A DNA stretch of 64,000 bases from Octopus sinensis (Eukaryota): NCBI RefSeq assembly GCF_006345805.1, contig NC_043017.1, forward strand, positions 6,138,001 through 6,202,000. Direction: 5' to 3'. Shown one piece after another: positions 1 to 13,266 of this stretch. A program made the position numbers and the translations under genes. The notes below the pieces were generated by a model. That model did no database searches and was not told where the DNA came from. It was given only the letters and a program-made list of their open reading frames with translations. Position 1 is the first letter of the stretch. The number at the start of each line of letters is the position of its first letter.

Positions 1-224
1 AATATACATATGTATATATATGTATGTGGATATATATGTCTCTATGTATGTGTGTATACATTTATATACGTGTGTGCCTGTGTGTATATATATATTTGTA
101 TGTATGTATGTATGTATGTGTGTGTCTGTATATATATGGCTGTATATAGACATACACATATACACACACACATACAAATGTATGTATATACACATATATA
201 CACACATACATATGTATAAATACG

Positions 225-300
<76 letters not shown>

Positions 301-917
301 TATACCCACATATATGTATGTGTATTTAATGTGTGTGTGTGTGTGCGTGAATGTATATACATACTCATTCAGAGAGAATAAGAGGAGATATACAGATTGA
401 TAGATGAATAGATTGATAGATAGACAGAGAGATAATGTGTGTGTGTGTGTGTGTGTGTACATGTGGAGAGAGAGAAAGAGAGAGAAAGAATAAGGGATAA
501 ATTGCCATGTGACCTTTATTGCAGTTCTCTGCATTCTGAGCTCAAACACCACCAAGGCCTGCTGTGCCTTTCATTCCTTCAAAGCCAATAACATGACTAT
601 CCTCGACTGATAGATTGGTCACGTATCTATCGGTATTGCCCTTTGCTGTGCCTCCTGGCTATTTGTGTTTTTAAATCAATGAGTGCAATGACAAAGGTAT
701 TGAGGTGTAATAAGCATGCCTTCCTCTTGGATAGCACAGGTGATATGGAGACCAGAGACTTGCCTGCATAAGTAACGGCTGGTCTTCCATAAGGCGTGAA
801 CTTAAAACTGCAATATAGACTTAGCAAAGAATTTTCCAGATGAAATACAGAGATCCTTGTTATACATAATTTTGATACGTACATCCATATTCCACAAAAA
901 TACAGATATATGTGCGT

Positions 918-980
<63 letters not shown>

Positions 981-984
981 ACGG

Positions 985-1200
985 GAAGCTTTATGAAAAT
1001 AGACAAAAGACGAAGGCAGGTTTACAGAAATAAACAAAAGACGAAGGCAGGTGGAATACAAACAAACAATTGTATTAGTATGGCGCTCAGGAAATATAAA
1101 TAAAACAAGTCTTTAACGTTTCGAGCCTACGCTCTTCAACAGAAAGATACACAGAGAAAATACACAGAAAGAAGGAGAGAAAAAAATATGCGTGCAGAGG
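985..1200 (-). mobile_element. Penelope-like terminal-repeat fragment with a hammerhead-like motif (related copies at 28870-29010 and 51075-51260, + strand)
   Basis: The block ctttctgt(t/a)gaagagcgtaggctcgaaacgt...ttcctgagcg..atactaataca..tgtttgtt is shared by three loci. The CTG-n-GAAG...CGAAACG end is typical of Penelope-like elements. Confidence 0.55.
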
Positions 1201-1706
1201 CTAGCAAATCAACATGGCGATCTGATTTCGGCCAGAAGTCAAAGATCAAACATGAGATGCAAGAGCGAAATTAGGGGAGATAATAGGGTTGAATGACCTC
1301 GCTCCAACATAAGAGTGTGTGTGTCTGTATGAGAAGAGTGTGTGTGTGTGTATGGGAGAGTATTAGTGCGTATGAGAGGTCTGGACGTGTGTATGTATAT
1401 ATGATGTGATGTGTAAAGTCGTATGGTGTAGTGTAGAGAGAGGAGATGAGGGAAGAGGGGGGAGAGGGGAGGGGGAGAAAGAAAGGGGAGAAGAGGAGGG
1501 GGGATATACATATATATACAGGTAAACTGATTCTTAATTTAAATCCTGTGTATATGTGCATCTGTGTTGCATCAAAACATGTGTAGTGTTTATTAAATAG
1601 CTGCCAAAATGTACACCTTCTTGTTAACTCTATTTTATTCAATTATAGGTATGTATGTATATATGTATGTATGAGTATATATATACATATACATACATAT
1701 ATACAT

Positions 1707-1745
<39 letters not shown>

Positions 1746-2023
1746 CATATATATATATAAAGTCACAAACGGAGGAAAATATATCCTTCAGAGGGGTGTG
1801 TTAAACATCCACTTCACTGGTACTTCAGTTGGATGCCATATAAATATTGGTATAATTCAATAAAGCGTATAAGTCAAAATAATTTGTTGGCTTTCTATGG
1901 TTTTATAATTATTTATATAATATTATATTACGTTATATATTATATTCATAGTATTTAATGTAATATTGTAATATAAATAAATTATCGGATTGTCAATAGA
2001 ATATTTCTATATTTAATTTATCT

Positions 2024-2067
<44 letters not shown>

Positions 2068-2639
2068 CATACATACATACACTAAGAAAGGAATGTTCTC
2101 AAGAAAATTTAGCAAACACTAGAACGTAAGCGAGCAAGACAAATGAAAAGAAACAAAATATAGATTAATTATAGACTAATTTCACTATTAACACTTGCGC
2201 AAAATTACTTACGTAATTGTCTGTAGCTCTTCAGTACGATCATCATTGCAAATAAAATACCACTAAGCATTTCGCCTGGCGCGCTAATGTTTCTGCCAGC
2301 TCACCGCCTTCAGTTGCTTGGATGTATAACTGAAGGTTGGTGACAGGAAGAGCATCTGGCCATAGAAATTTCTATCTCAGCAAATTGCATTTGCTGTATG
2401 CAAGAATGGAAAACTGATGTTAAAGTAATGATGACAATGTTTCAAATACATCATTGGCTGTGATGGTAAGGGTTCTTGTTGATCTAATCAACACAGCTGT
2501 CTGCTCATGAAATTGACCTTTAGCATGCTGTAGTTGCATCATATTACTGTATGAGTTTTCTCCCCTCTCAATGCAACACAATGTGCCTGCAGTTACAAGG
2601 GAGAAAACTTGTACAGTGCCATGATGTGCTTAAGTGTGC

Positions 2640-2790
2640 TAAAGGTTAACATGCAAGTGGCTGAGTACTCCACATATAACATATACCCTTAATGTACCCT
2701 TAATATAGCTCTTAGGGAGATTCAGTGTGACACAGAATGTGACCAGGCTGGCCCTTTTTTGAATTACAGGTACAACTCATTTTTGCCAGC
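2640..2790 (-). mobile_element. Fragment of a further SINE family (gtggagtactcagccacttgca.gttaa block); also at 13710-13790 - and 23395-23480 +
   Basis: The block ttaacatgcaagtggctgagtactcca is shared by three loci. Confidence 0.55.
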
Positions 2791-5408
2791 CGAATGGACA
2801 AGGGGCAGCCCCGTGGCTCACCAGACCCTGTCAAACTGTCCAACCCATGCCAGCATGGAAAACTTGCATTAAATAGTGATGATGATGATGACAATATCAC
2901 CTGCACTGAGGCTGATGGTATTGATGAAAATGAAGATAACAATGATGATGGTGGTAATGATGAGGATGATGACAAAGATGGTGATAATGGTGGTGATGAG
3001 GTGACAACGATGACATCATCATCGCTAGCACTGAAGATGATGGCAGTGACAATAATGACGATGATGATGAGGAGGAAGCAGATGATGATGATGATGATGA
3101 TGACGATGGTAGAATTTGAACACGGCACCTAAAATGAGTAAATTATTGCAGCATGCTCATTTTATCTCTGAGATATTCTAGCAATTCTGCTTCTTCCTCC
3201 TCCTCACCATACTACGACATAATAATAATAATAATAATAATAACAATAATAATAATAATAATGATAAGAAGAAGAAGAAGAAGAAGAAGCCAGTGGCCAC
3301 TTACATAAAAGACTTTTTGTTGAAAGTCTTTGTAGTGGTGGTTGGCATAAACAAGGGAGATAACTGTGATAGGTTTGTTAGAATTATAGGAAATTTAATT
3401 AGAATTTCTTTTGAAGATTTCGTAACAGCTAACTAATATCATGGTGGCGGCAAGGATGGGTGTGGCGCTGATGACGGTGGTGGTGGTGGTAGAGGGAGCG
3501 GTGGTGGCTCCATCGGTGATAATTGTCGTTGTGGTCTTGATAAATTGTAGGGGAGAGTAATAAGTGGTGGTGGTGCAATAGACAGTGATGGTGGTAGCAG
3601 AGGTGGTTGTAGTAGTAGTATGGTGGTGGTGGTGGTGGTGGTGTTAAGCTTGAAGGTGGTGGGGGTGGTGCTGGAGATGGGCAGTATAGTGGTGGTAGTG
3701 GTGGTGGCGGCATTAGTAATGGTGATGGTGATGTTGACGAGGGAAGTATGGTGGTAGCAGTGGTGGTAGTAGTTGTAGTGGTGATGGTGATGGTGGTGTT
3801 GGTGTTGAGTAGTATAGCAGTAGTGGTGGAGCTAACATTAGTGGTACTAGTAATGGAGGCAGCTGAAGTAGTAGTAGTAGCATAATAAGGGTTGTGTTGT
3901 ATGATGACAGTAGAGTATGTAGTAGTACTAATATTGGTGGTGGCAGTAGTAGTAGTAGTAGTAAAGGAGGTCGTGACATTTGTGTTGGGAGTGAGTATTT
4001 TTCCTCACACACACACACACACATGTCCATATAGCAGTCCCCCCTTCAGTCATGTGACTAGGTGAAACTCAGAGTAGCATGTGACTGAGTAAACCAAAAA
4101 TAAATATAAACATATATATCATCATCATCATCATTGTCATCGTTTTAACGTCTGCTTTCCAGGCTGGCATGGGTTGGAGGGTTTGACGGAGGACTGGCAA
4201 AGACAGGAAGCAGCACCAGGCTCCAATCTGATCTGGCAAGGTTTCTACAGCTGGATGCTCTTTCGAAAGTCAACCACTCTGAGAGTGTAGCGGGTGGATT
4301 TCGTAGATGGAAACTGAAAGAAGCCTGTTGTATATATATGTATGTTGTATATGTATATATATATGTATATATATATATATATGTATGTTGTATATATGTT
4401 GTATGTATGTATATGTGTGTATGTGCCCTGATGTAATCTCCAGGGATAAAGGCATCCAGCAACAGAACCTCCGTAATGCCATGATGGACCATGAAGTCTG
4501 GTGTAGCATGGTAAATTCCATTGTCTCGACCACGGTCGAACAATGATGATGATGATGATGTATGTGCCTTTGTGTTTGTCCCCTGCCACTGCTTGACAAC
4601 TGGTGGTGGTGTGTTTACAGCCCCGTAACTTAGCAGTTTAGCAAAGGACACCAATGGAATAAATACGGGGCTTAAAAAACAAAAATTAAGTCCTGGGGGG
4701 GGGGTCGATTCATTTGACTAAAATTTCTCCAAGGCGGTGCCCCAGCATGGCCACGGTCTAATGACTGAAGCAAGCAAAAGATAAAGGATATAAGATGTAC
4801 ACATACAAACACAAACATACATCCACACAAGCACATATATACACACGCAAACACATACCTACCCACACACACAAATGCATACGTACATACATACATACAT
4901 ATATACATACATATATGCATACATACATACACGAACACATACATACATACCCACACACAAATGCATACATTCATATATACATACATACATACGTACATAC
5001 ATATAGGCATACATACATACATACATACATACATACATACACACATACATATATGCATACATACATGTGTAAACATATATACATCCATACATACATACAT
5101 ACATACATGAATACAAACACATACATACACCCATACATGCATCCACACAAGCAGATACATACATACCCACACACACAAATACATACATACATGCATATAT
5201 GCAATCATACATACAAACATACATACCTATACACATACATACATACCCATACATATACATACATATCAGTTCTATGTATGTAACTACACCAATTTCTTCC
5301 TCAGATGGCTTAAGACACAAGTTGAATGGGTGATGACTTTGTCAAAACGAATGCAAACACTCAAAAACAAAACAAACCAAAAACACCAACAATAACAATA
5401 ACAACAAC

Positions 5409-5461
<53 letters not shown>

Positions 5462-6458
5462 TAAATAAATAAAATGAACAGAAATCATAAAAAAAATAGA
5501 CGTAAGAAAAAGGGGGAAAAAAATGTTTATCTGTATTGCAAATTCTTACAAGCTGTTCAGAAAAAGAAAAAAAAAAAAAAAAAAAAACAACAAAAAAAAA
5601 AAAAAAACAGAAAAAGAGAGAGAGAGTATATGAATAACTAAAATGCTGTATAGACTTTCATTTTCTTAATTGAAACTGGTGTATTCTTGTCTTTGAACAA
5701 GAGATAATTATTTAACTGGTGAACCATAATAGGTATTGATGACTGCGACTTGCCATTGTAGTTTCTTTATGGCAGTTTTACCCTTTAACGCAAGTGCTTT
5801 GTATGAATATTTGAAAGTTTGTGTTGATGTGTGTATGTGTATATAGATACATGTATGTATAGCTACTTAGGAGTGTGTGTGTGTGTGTCTGTGTGCATAT
5901 ATATATATGTGTGTATGTATATATTTAAAATGTATCCACTGAAGAAGATCTTGTGTAATGGAATGTATTTCTTGTTACATAATACACTGAGCTGAAACGT
6001 GCATATTAAATGCTTCAAAATATTATTATTTGATTTGACTTCATTCATCATCATTGCCACCATCGACGTCATTTAATGTTCATTGTCCATTCTGGCATGA
6101 ACGACAAGAACAGGATTCCTTATACATGTTAAGATATGGTATATATGTATATTCATAATAAAACAAAGCCACTCACCTGATGAAGTGCAAGTATATGAAA
6201 CGCTCTGCAAATAACAGAAGATGGCAATGTGCAGAAACAGTTGTTGTGATTTGGATTAAAGCCTCTTCATTCTATTATCTTGTATTATAACTTTTTTTTT
6301 TGTATGAATTCTGATTTCCACAGGTGTATCTAGTAAAAGAATTCCTGCTGCATGTTAGCATGTGGTGGCCAATGACCGTAGAGGAGCTTTGAAATGCACA
6401 TTGCAATGTTATTACCCACATGATATTAAATTGTACACACAGACATATGTGTGTGTGC

Positions 6459-6490
<32 letters not shown>

Positions 6491-6931
6491 TTGTATGTAG
6501 GTGTGTATGTAAAATATAAATACATACCCATGTACATATATATATAAATACATACATTATCATGTGAGTGTATGCGTGTAAAAAAATATATATGTGTATG
6601 TACAAATATATTCATGCATGCACGCACATAAACACACATCCATACAAGAGAAATGCCCTCACACACACACTCACGCGTATATACATGCATAAAATGCATA
6701 AACATACATTCATAACTGCTCAGAGTGCAGCAGGTGGAGCAAAAATGTCTAAAATGTCAACATCATTATGTTCATTAAAGGTTTCCATTGCTAGAAGTCA
6801 TTTTATTAACATTTATATCATTTGAATGATTCATGTAGACGAATCATTATATATATATATATATATACACATACATATATACATACACATACATATATAC
6901 ATACACACACATACACATATGTATTCATGTG

Positions 6932-6963
<32 letters not shown>

Positions 6964-7074
6964 CTAAATTTCGTATGTAACATAATTTTTAATCTTCGGA
7001 TTTTTTTAAATATGCTAAGCCACTGGTTTTAATTGATTAATATCAATTTCTACCCTTATTATTTAATATTATAA

Positions 7075-7106
<32 letters not shown>

Positions 7107-7325
7107 CACACATATATATGTATGCGTATGTACATGCACTTTAACACCTTGTAGTTAGTGTTATTGTTAACAATGATTTTGACTTATGCAAAACATATAA
7201 AGAGAGGGATCATTCATTTATGTGTGTGTGTGTGTAAATTGAAATTATAGATATATATATATATATATATATATAAACATATATATAGATTCATAAATAT
7301 GAATTTACATGTTTTTAAATACTGT

Positions 7326-7576
7326 TAAGTCTATGTCCAGTCTTAGAGTGACCAACGGTTCCACATCCACATTACTTAGAGAGTAATGTGGACTAACTAT
7401 GGACATCTCGTCAGACTCTAAAGCCGAAGACAAATTTAACCCTTCACCTCTGGGAGGCAGGGATCCGTTACGCTTCCAGAGGTGAAGAGTTACATTTGTC
7501 TTCAGCTTTAGAGTCTGACAAGATGTCCTTTGTGGATGTGGAACCATTGGTCACTCTATGACTGGATGTAAACTTA
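7326..7576. repeat. Long imperfect inverted repeat (foldback) with arms of about 100 bp
   Basis: 7401-7453 pairs with 7476-7528 (about 49/53) and 7326-7371 pairs with 7531-7576 (about 41/46). The left arm carries a 29-nt segment (7372-7400) opposite only 2 nt in the right arm. Confidence 0.9.
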
Positions 7577-7637
7577 GCTACATTACTGCTCTATGGTTTA
7601 GAGTCTGCTTCTCTTTTGGATATGGGATAAACCGACA

Positions 7638-7662
<25 letters not shown>

Positions 7663-7668
<6 letters not shown>

Positions 7669-8233
7669 TGCAGGAAGTAAATAGACACCTTTACTTTTCA
7701 AAATCTTTTATTTCATATTAATTAGTCGAAGGAGAGGTTTTCTTCTAGCTGCTCATCCATAATACCTAAGCTTATGAAGATATGTAACACATGTTCTTGG
7801 ACTAACTTCTAACTGTTTTGCAATATTGGAAGCCTTTGAACGGGGTTCCTTTTCCACAATTCTCTTCAAACAGTGAAGCTTCCTTTTCTGAGGGCCCTGG
7901 TCGGCCAGGATGAGAATCTTTCAATTCTTTTCCTTGGCTTTTGAATTGCACTATAACTCTCATAACAGTAGTAAGAGGAATTTCAAGATTTTCAGCAATT
8001 TTTCTCTGGCTAAGACCAGCCTCAGATTGCCCAACAGTACGACCTCTTTGAAACTGTGACAGTTCTGCTGAATTTTTTGTGTGGCATGGTTACTCTTTGC
8101 AAATGTTTAATATAATGGCACCTGGAATGAGAAAGAATAAGTACATTGTAAATTCTACACTGCTGAAAATATATTAAAATGCTTAGATCAGAAATTTTGA
8201 AAATTTAATGTCTATTTACTTCCTGCATGTCTG
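7663..8233 (-). mobile_element. Internally deleted Tc1-family element (571 bp)
   Basis: 25-bp TIRs match at 24/25 (CACACATGCAGGAAGTAAATAGACA vs reverse complement CAGACATGCAGGAAGTAAATAGACA), with TA at the right end. The minus strand from ATG 8087 reads [48 protein letters not shown]...GRP, a Tc1 N-terminal HTH with one frameshift. Confidence 0.85.
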
Positions 8234-9217
8234 TATATATATATATACCATCAAATATTGTATCGGGTCCTTTTGCTGAATGCATAAGTTATGGGGAAGT
8301 AAACACACCAACACCAATTGCTAAGCAGTGGTAGGGTACAAGTAGAGACACAAAGACACATGTATACATTGTTAATATGCTAGAAATATTGCAGTAATAA
8401 CAATAGTTGACATGACAATGCTCTCTCATACATTTCTCTTTTGTATGAATTAGTTTCTGGAAGAAGCTAAGTAAACAAGATGACCTTTATACATACATAT
8501 AAGGAGTGAGAGAGAGACAGAGAGAGCATGGCTGTAACTTGCATTTGCCATTTAACTTACTCATACTTTGTCATATTCAATAAAAACAATGTTTAGGCTT
8601 GCTATGTATGCTTAAATATTATTTCACTTCAAATAGCCAACAACAACCAAGGTTCTGATTAGATATTTGAAACATCTCATATGGGAAACATTTCGTGCTA
8701 TCCATCAGAAGGCAATTTCGTCAACACCATAACCTTCCCACGTAATGGCAAATACTTGTCAACAGATAATGACAAGCGTAGGTGTATATGGTAAGAGAAA
8801 ATACTTTTAAACCTAGATAAACACAACATACTCATTCCTTCAGAATCAGAAATATAATTAGTTCCTCCTCTTTATCCCAACACATAGAAACTGAAAGATA
8901 GAGACATTTGCACTATTCATATGCTTTGTGTTATTGTTAATCATGTGTTGAAATGAATCAGACAAATGTGATCTATTCTACATAGAAAAGTAGAGAGACT
9001 TGGCTTAACATTTCAATATTCTTTTATCTGTTTCAGACATTTGGCTGTGGCCATGCTAGAGCACTGCCTTCAGTCGAACAAATCGACTACAGGATTTATT
9101 CTTTGTAAGCGTAGTACTTATTCTATTGGCCTTTTCAGGATGCAAACACACCAGCATCGGTTGTCAAGTGATGACGGGGACAAACACAGATACACACACA
9201 CATTGACACACACATAA

Positions 9218-9250
<33 letters not shown>

Positions 9251-11234
9251 TGCAAGTGGATTTGGTAGACAGAAACTGAAAGAAGCCTGTTTTTGTGTGT
9301 GTGTGTGTGTTTGTGTATGTGTTTGTCCCCACCACCATCACTTGACAACCAATGTTGGTTTGACAAAAGAGACTGATAGAGTAAGTACTAGGCTTACAAA
9401 GAATAAATCCTGGGTTCGATTTGTTTGACTAAAGGTGATGCTCCAGCATGGCCGCAATCAATGACTGAAACGAGTAAAAGAATAAAAAAAAAATGGGACC
9501 CACAACAGAGTATGGATCACATATCTGGGACAGGCCTGCAGCTATTGCCAAACATGCAGATATTTTAGACTTCATTTGTAAAAAAGGTCACTCGACTGAT
9601 GGATAAAAACATCCCAAAAGAAGAATAGAAGGATCGCTCATGTTCCTACTGATATTTCTCAGCATCCTTTCTAAATAATGATGATGATGATGACAACGAC
9701 GATTTCTTCATGTTTGAAGATCATGAGAAAGAGTGGCATGCCCTCAAGTGTCCATGTAAACTGACCCTTGATGCTGCAGGGATTTTCTTCCTGCCTATGC
9801 TTTGCAGTTTTAAAGTGAGAGTCAGTCCGCACAATCCAATCCTACCCTTTAGACTTGATGGTCTGGCCACAGGGGCCTATTGACCTAAGATAGCTGAGGT
9901 GACCCAGCAACCTGTAGGTTTTACACTGGAGTGGCCCTCTTCTAGTTGAGTGGCCTCACAGGGCTTAAGAGGTCCACATACACTGGAATTTCCAGCCCAT
10001 TCCTTGATTTTCTGTGGAGGTTGACACCCCATGCTTTTTTCCTTCCCAAGGCACTCATAAGGCAATTAGGGTTTGTACTTGGAGTTTGTTCTATCATATG
10101 CTAATTAACCCATACCTGGGACCCTCTCAGGTGCTACTACTCTGGGTCTGAGTGAGCCTGGGTACAAAAGTGGCTAAGAGGTGGTTTCACACTCCTGAAA
10201 ACCCTAGAACTCCCAGACTATGGCCTCACTACCAGACACGGTTTGAAGTCATAATGAAAACAACTTACTGAATATATAAATATCAAATATTTATATTTAT
10301 CATGTGTACACTAATTATAACATAATTTACTATAAACAAGCGCAAATCTCTAAACACTACTTTGCGTCCTCGTTTTAAATTTTATTATCTATTTATACCT
10401 ATATTCATTAATTTAGCAAATCCCAAATGACTATATTCTAGATAGATGACTACAATATCATAGTAAGGTTATTTTATGAAGACAAATATAACTACTAAAT
10501 GTTCTCATTTCGCAATAATCCTACTCATCTGTTTTTTCTTCTTTTCTGCTTAATCCTCTCCACTCCTTCCCATTGTGTATTGGCCATTCCTCTCGACTAA
10601 TCACCCAGAAAGCATTTATGAGACATGTTTATCATCATTTCTCATTGTCCTTCTCAATCCTGTTACTTTTAGCTTCTCTATCACTATCCCCTCCTCATCA
10701 TTTCCTGGCAGTAATCCCTCATGCCTATCTTCCCACTTCACCATTACAACTGCCCCTTTCCATCTTCACAAATCATCCCTTTAATTAGCTCGCTCCCTAC
10801 CGATATAACTTGGTTAGTCCACATTACTCTCTAAGTAGCATAGGGTCAGTTTCTCAGTTCCTCAGTTCCTCTGGTGTATGTATCCCTCCCTGGACAACTC
10901 ACCAGTTTATCAGGACACAGTATTACCAGCTGACAGGAGCAATGTGAAACGAAGTATTTTGCTCAAGACGACAATGCATCACCTAGTCCAGGAATTGAAA
11001 CCATAATCTTACAATCACGAGTGTAACACCATAACCACCAAGCCATGCACCTCTACATACAACAGTAAAGTTCATCTAAATATCTTCCATGCCGGGTTTC
11101 TTTGAAGGTTGTCTCCTTTCCATAACCCTGGATAGGGGCCCATACCGGGACTCATGTCAGGCAGGGTCAAGCCCAGAACTTGTGTCAGGTAGGGTCGTCA
11201 CTCTCTGAAGTAGTGAAGAAATTCGCTACCCACT

Positions 11235-11760
11235 GAAGCTATGTGATAATGCAAGATTAATTCAAAACGATGTGAATAAATAAGTCTTGCATATGACAGA
11301 GTGATCTGAATTCTAAAGGGTTAATAGCTAACCCTTTCGTACCGTATTTATTTTAAGATGCTCTGTGTTTCTTTCAGTTACTTTAAATATAACAAAGAAT
11401 TTAGTAAAATGAATTAGTTATCATGAAGCTAGTGTTAGGAACATAAATTGTGACTAAGGTTTGGTGGAAGATTTTAATTCAAAACTTATGAAAACAAGAC
11501 ATTTGTACTACAGAGCCAAAGGCAGTTTCAGCCGGGTTGGTAACAAAAGGGTTAACGCAGCTATATTCAGCTCAGATATTCTGTTTTATGTTAAACTGTT
11601 CATATCTGGCTTGTCACACCTACCCTACAATGTCATTCTACAATTAAGCACTTACATTACCAAAATCCCAAAGCTACAAGACAATGCATGATTAATTCAA
11701 AACAATGAATAAATGAGCATTACAATTGACAAAGTGATTGGAATGCTAAAGGGCTAATTT
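11235..11760. mobile_element. Pieces of a second TTAA-type MITE family on both sides of the 11332-11551 element
   Basis: Ends ...CTAAAGGGTTAA (11324) and ...GCTAAAGGGCTAA (about 11757). The internal sequence (ccctacaatgtcattcta...gattaattcaaaac) is shared with 35384-35810. Confidence 0.55.
11332..11551. mobile_element. piggyBac-like MITE (220 bp)
   Basis: Termini CCCTTTCGTACC and GGTAACAAAAGGG, flanked by CTAA and TTAA. Confidence 0.6.
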
Positions 11761-11954
11761 ATAACAGAATAACAGGTATTTTGGGGAATTTTTTTCTCCC
11801 CTAATGTTCACCTTCACTGGTAATGTCGCCTTCAATAATGGCTTATATAAAAGATTTATTAGAGCTCTTGTTCTGCTTCAGAGCCCATTAACCTTATTTA
11901 AATTCCACAATAGCTTTATGACATCCCTTTTTTTTTTTTTTTTTTTTTTTTTAT

Positions 11955-12400
11955 GAAGATCAAAGAATTTTGGTGGAGTGCAGTCCACCAAAGTTACAGC
12001 TACTTAGGAACTCCGCAGGATAATGGTACAGATTCTGCTGCATCATTGCAGAGATCAATGCTTTTGCAAGTGACCGATTCTCACATCAAAACACATTGGT
12101 AATTTCCTCATTTATTGAATCAACAACAGCATTGAGATTTTGCAGAATCTTGTCGTTCCTCTTTGGAAACAAGCATGGAAACACACCATAACTACCAATG
12201 CGCTCATTTCGGTTGTCATTTGCATTTGATCCGTAACATTTTGCTCGTAATTCCTGTTAAATCTTCCAAACTCATTGGAGCTGTCCTTCTGCAAATTTGC
12301 AATAACAATTCGCAAAGTTCTCCTGTGATAATTATCTTCCCAACTGAAATATTTCAAAATCATTGATTTGTGGCATCATACAGTGTGCTTACCAGGGCCA
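11955..12400 (-). mobile_element. Helitron-type PIF1 helicase coding relic
   Basis: Frameshifted minus-strand peptides FEIFQL, NFAN/LQI..EG, ILQNLNAVVDSINEEITNVF (12101-12148), KSID and YPAEFLSS..GGL (12005-12022). They follow the order of the Helitron helicase motifs N--VD-IN, SID and YP-EFLNS---GLPPH. Confidence 0.65.
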
Positions 12401-13266
12401 TCTGCATTCTTGTTTATGATTATGATTATCATTATTGTTGTTGTTGTTGCTGTAGTTGGTTTTTCATGAGCATCATGTCCTAAACTTTCTTTCCTCTTAA
12501 GAACAAAAGGAATAAAAGCTCAGTGAATCATAATCCGGATTCAGTTGGTTAATTCTTTGCAAACCTTAATCATGTTTATTGTCCCCCCCCCCTCAACCAC
12601 CACGACCACCACTGTTCCAAGCAGAACAACTGCCATTTCGGAAAAGCAGAAACATTATACATACATACATACATACATACACACATACACACATACACAC
12701 ATACACACATACATACATACATACATACATACACACATACACACACACACACATATACATACATACATACATACGTGTGTGTGTGTGAACATTCGTATGT
12801 ATATAAGGTCATCATAATTTCTCAAAGAACCAATGACCAAATTGAAATGATGACTGTTACAATTGTGTACTGAGATAATATGTTGCATATAATGTCGAAG
12901 CACACATTTTCTCATAAAATATGCTGTGTATAGATATCATGGCCTGTCGATTCATATGTTGTATAATGCAACTTTGATATCTCCATCATAAACGACAATT
13001 ATGGCAAAAAATAGTCTGATCAAAAGTAAATAATGGTCAACAGTCTAATCAACAAGTGTACTGGGTGCTTTTCTTGTGGCACCAACACTAGTGAGGTTGC
13101 CATGTAACTCACAAGACTAAAAAGGTACCTCACAATAAGTGTGAGTATAAAATGAGGAAAGCAGCTTTATGATCGGTGTTGAGAGGTTAAGGTGTGATCT
13201 CTCCGTGTATACATGTCATAACTGTTTGAAACCAGGTTCTGATCAGAGTTTGGTTCTTTCAAGGTG

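Noticed and set aside
7305-7547. 80-aa complex-looking ORF (MVPHPQRTSC...)
   Set aside because: It lies within the foldback, and both arms give mirror-image sequence. There is no domain or splice evidence.
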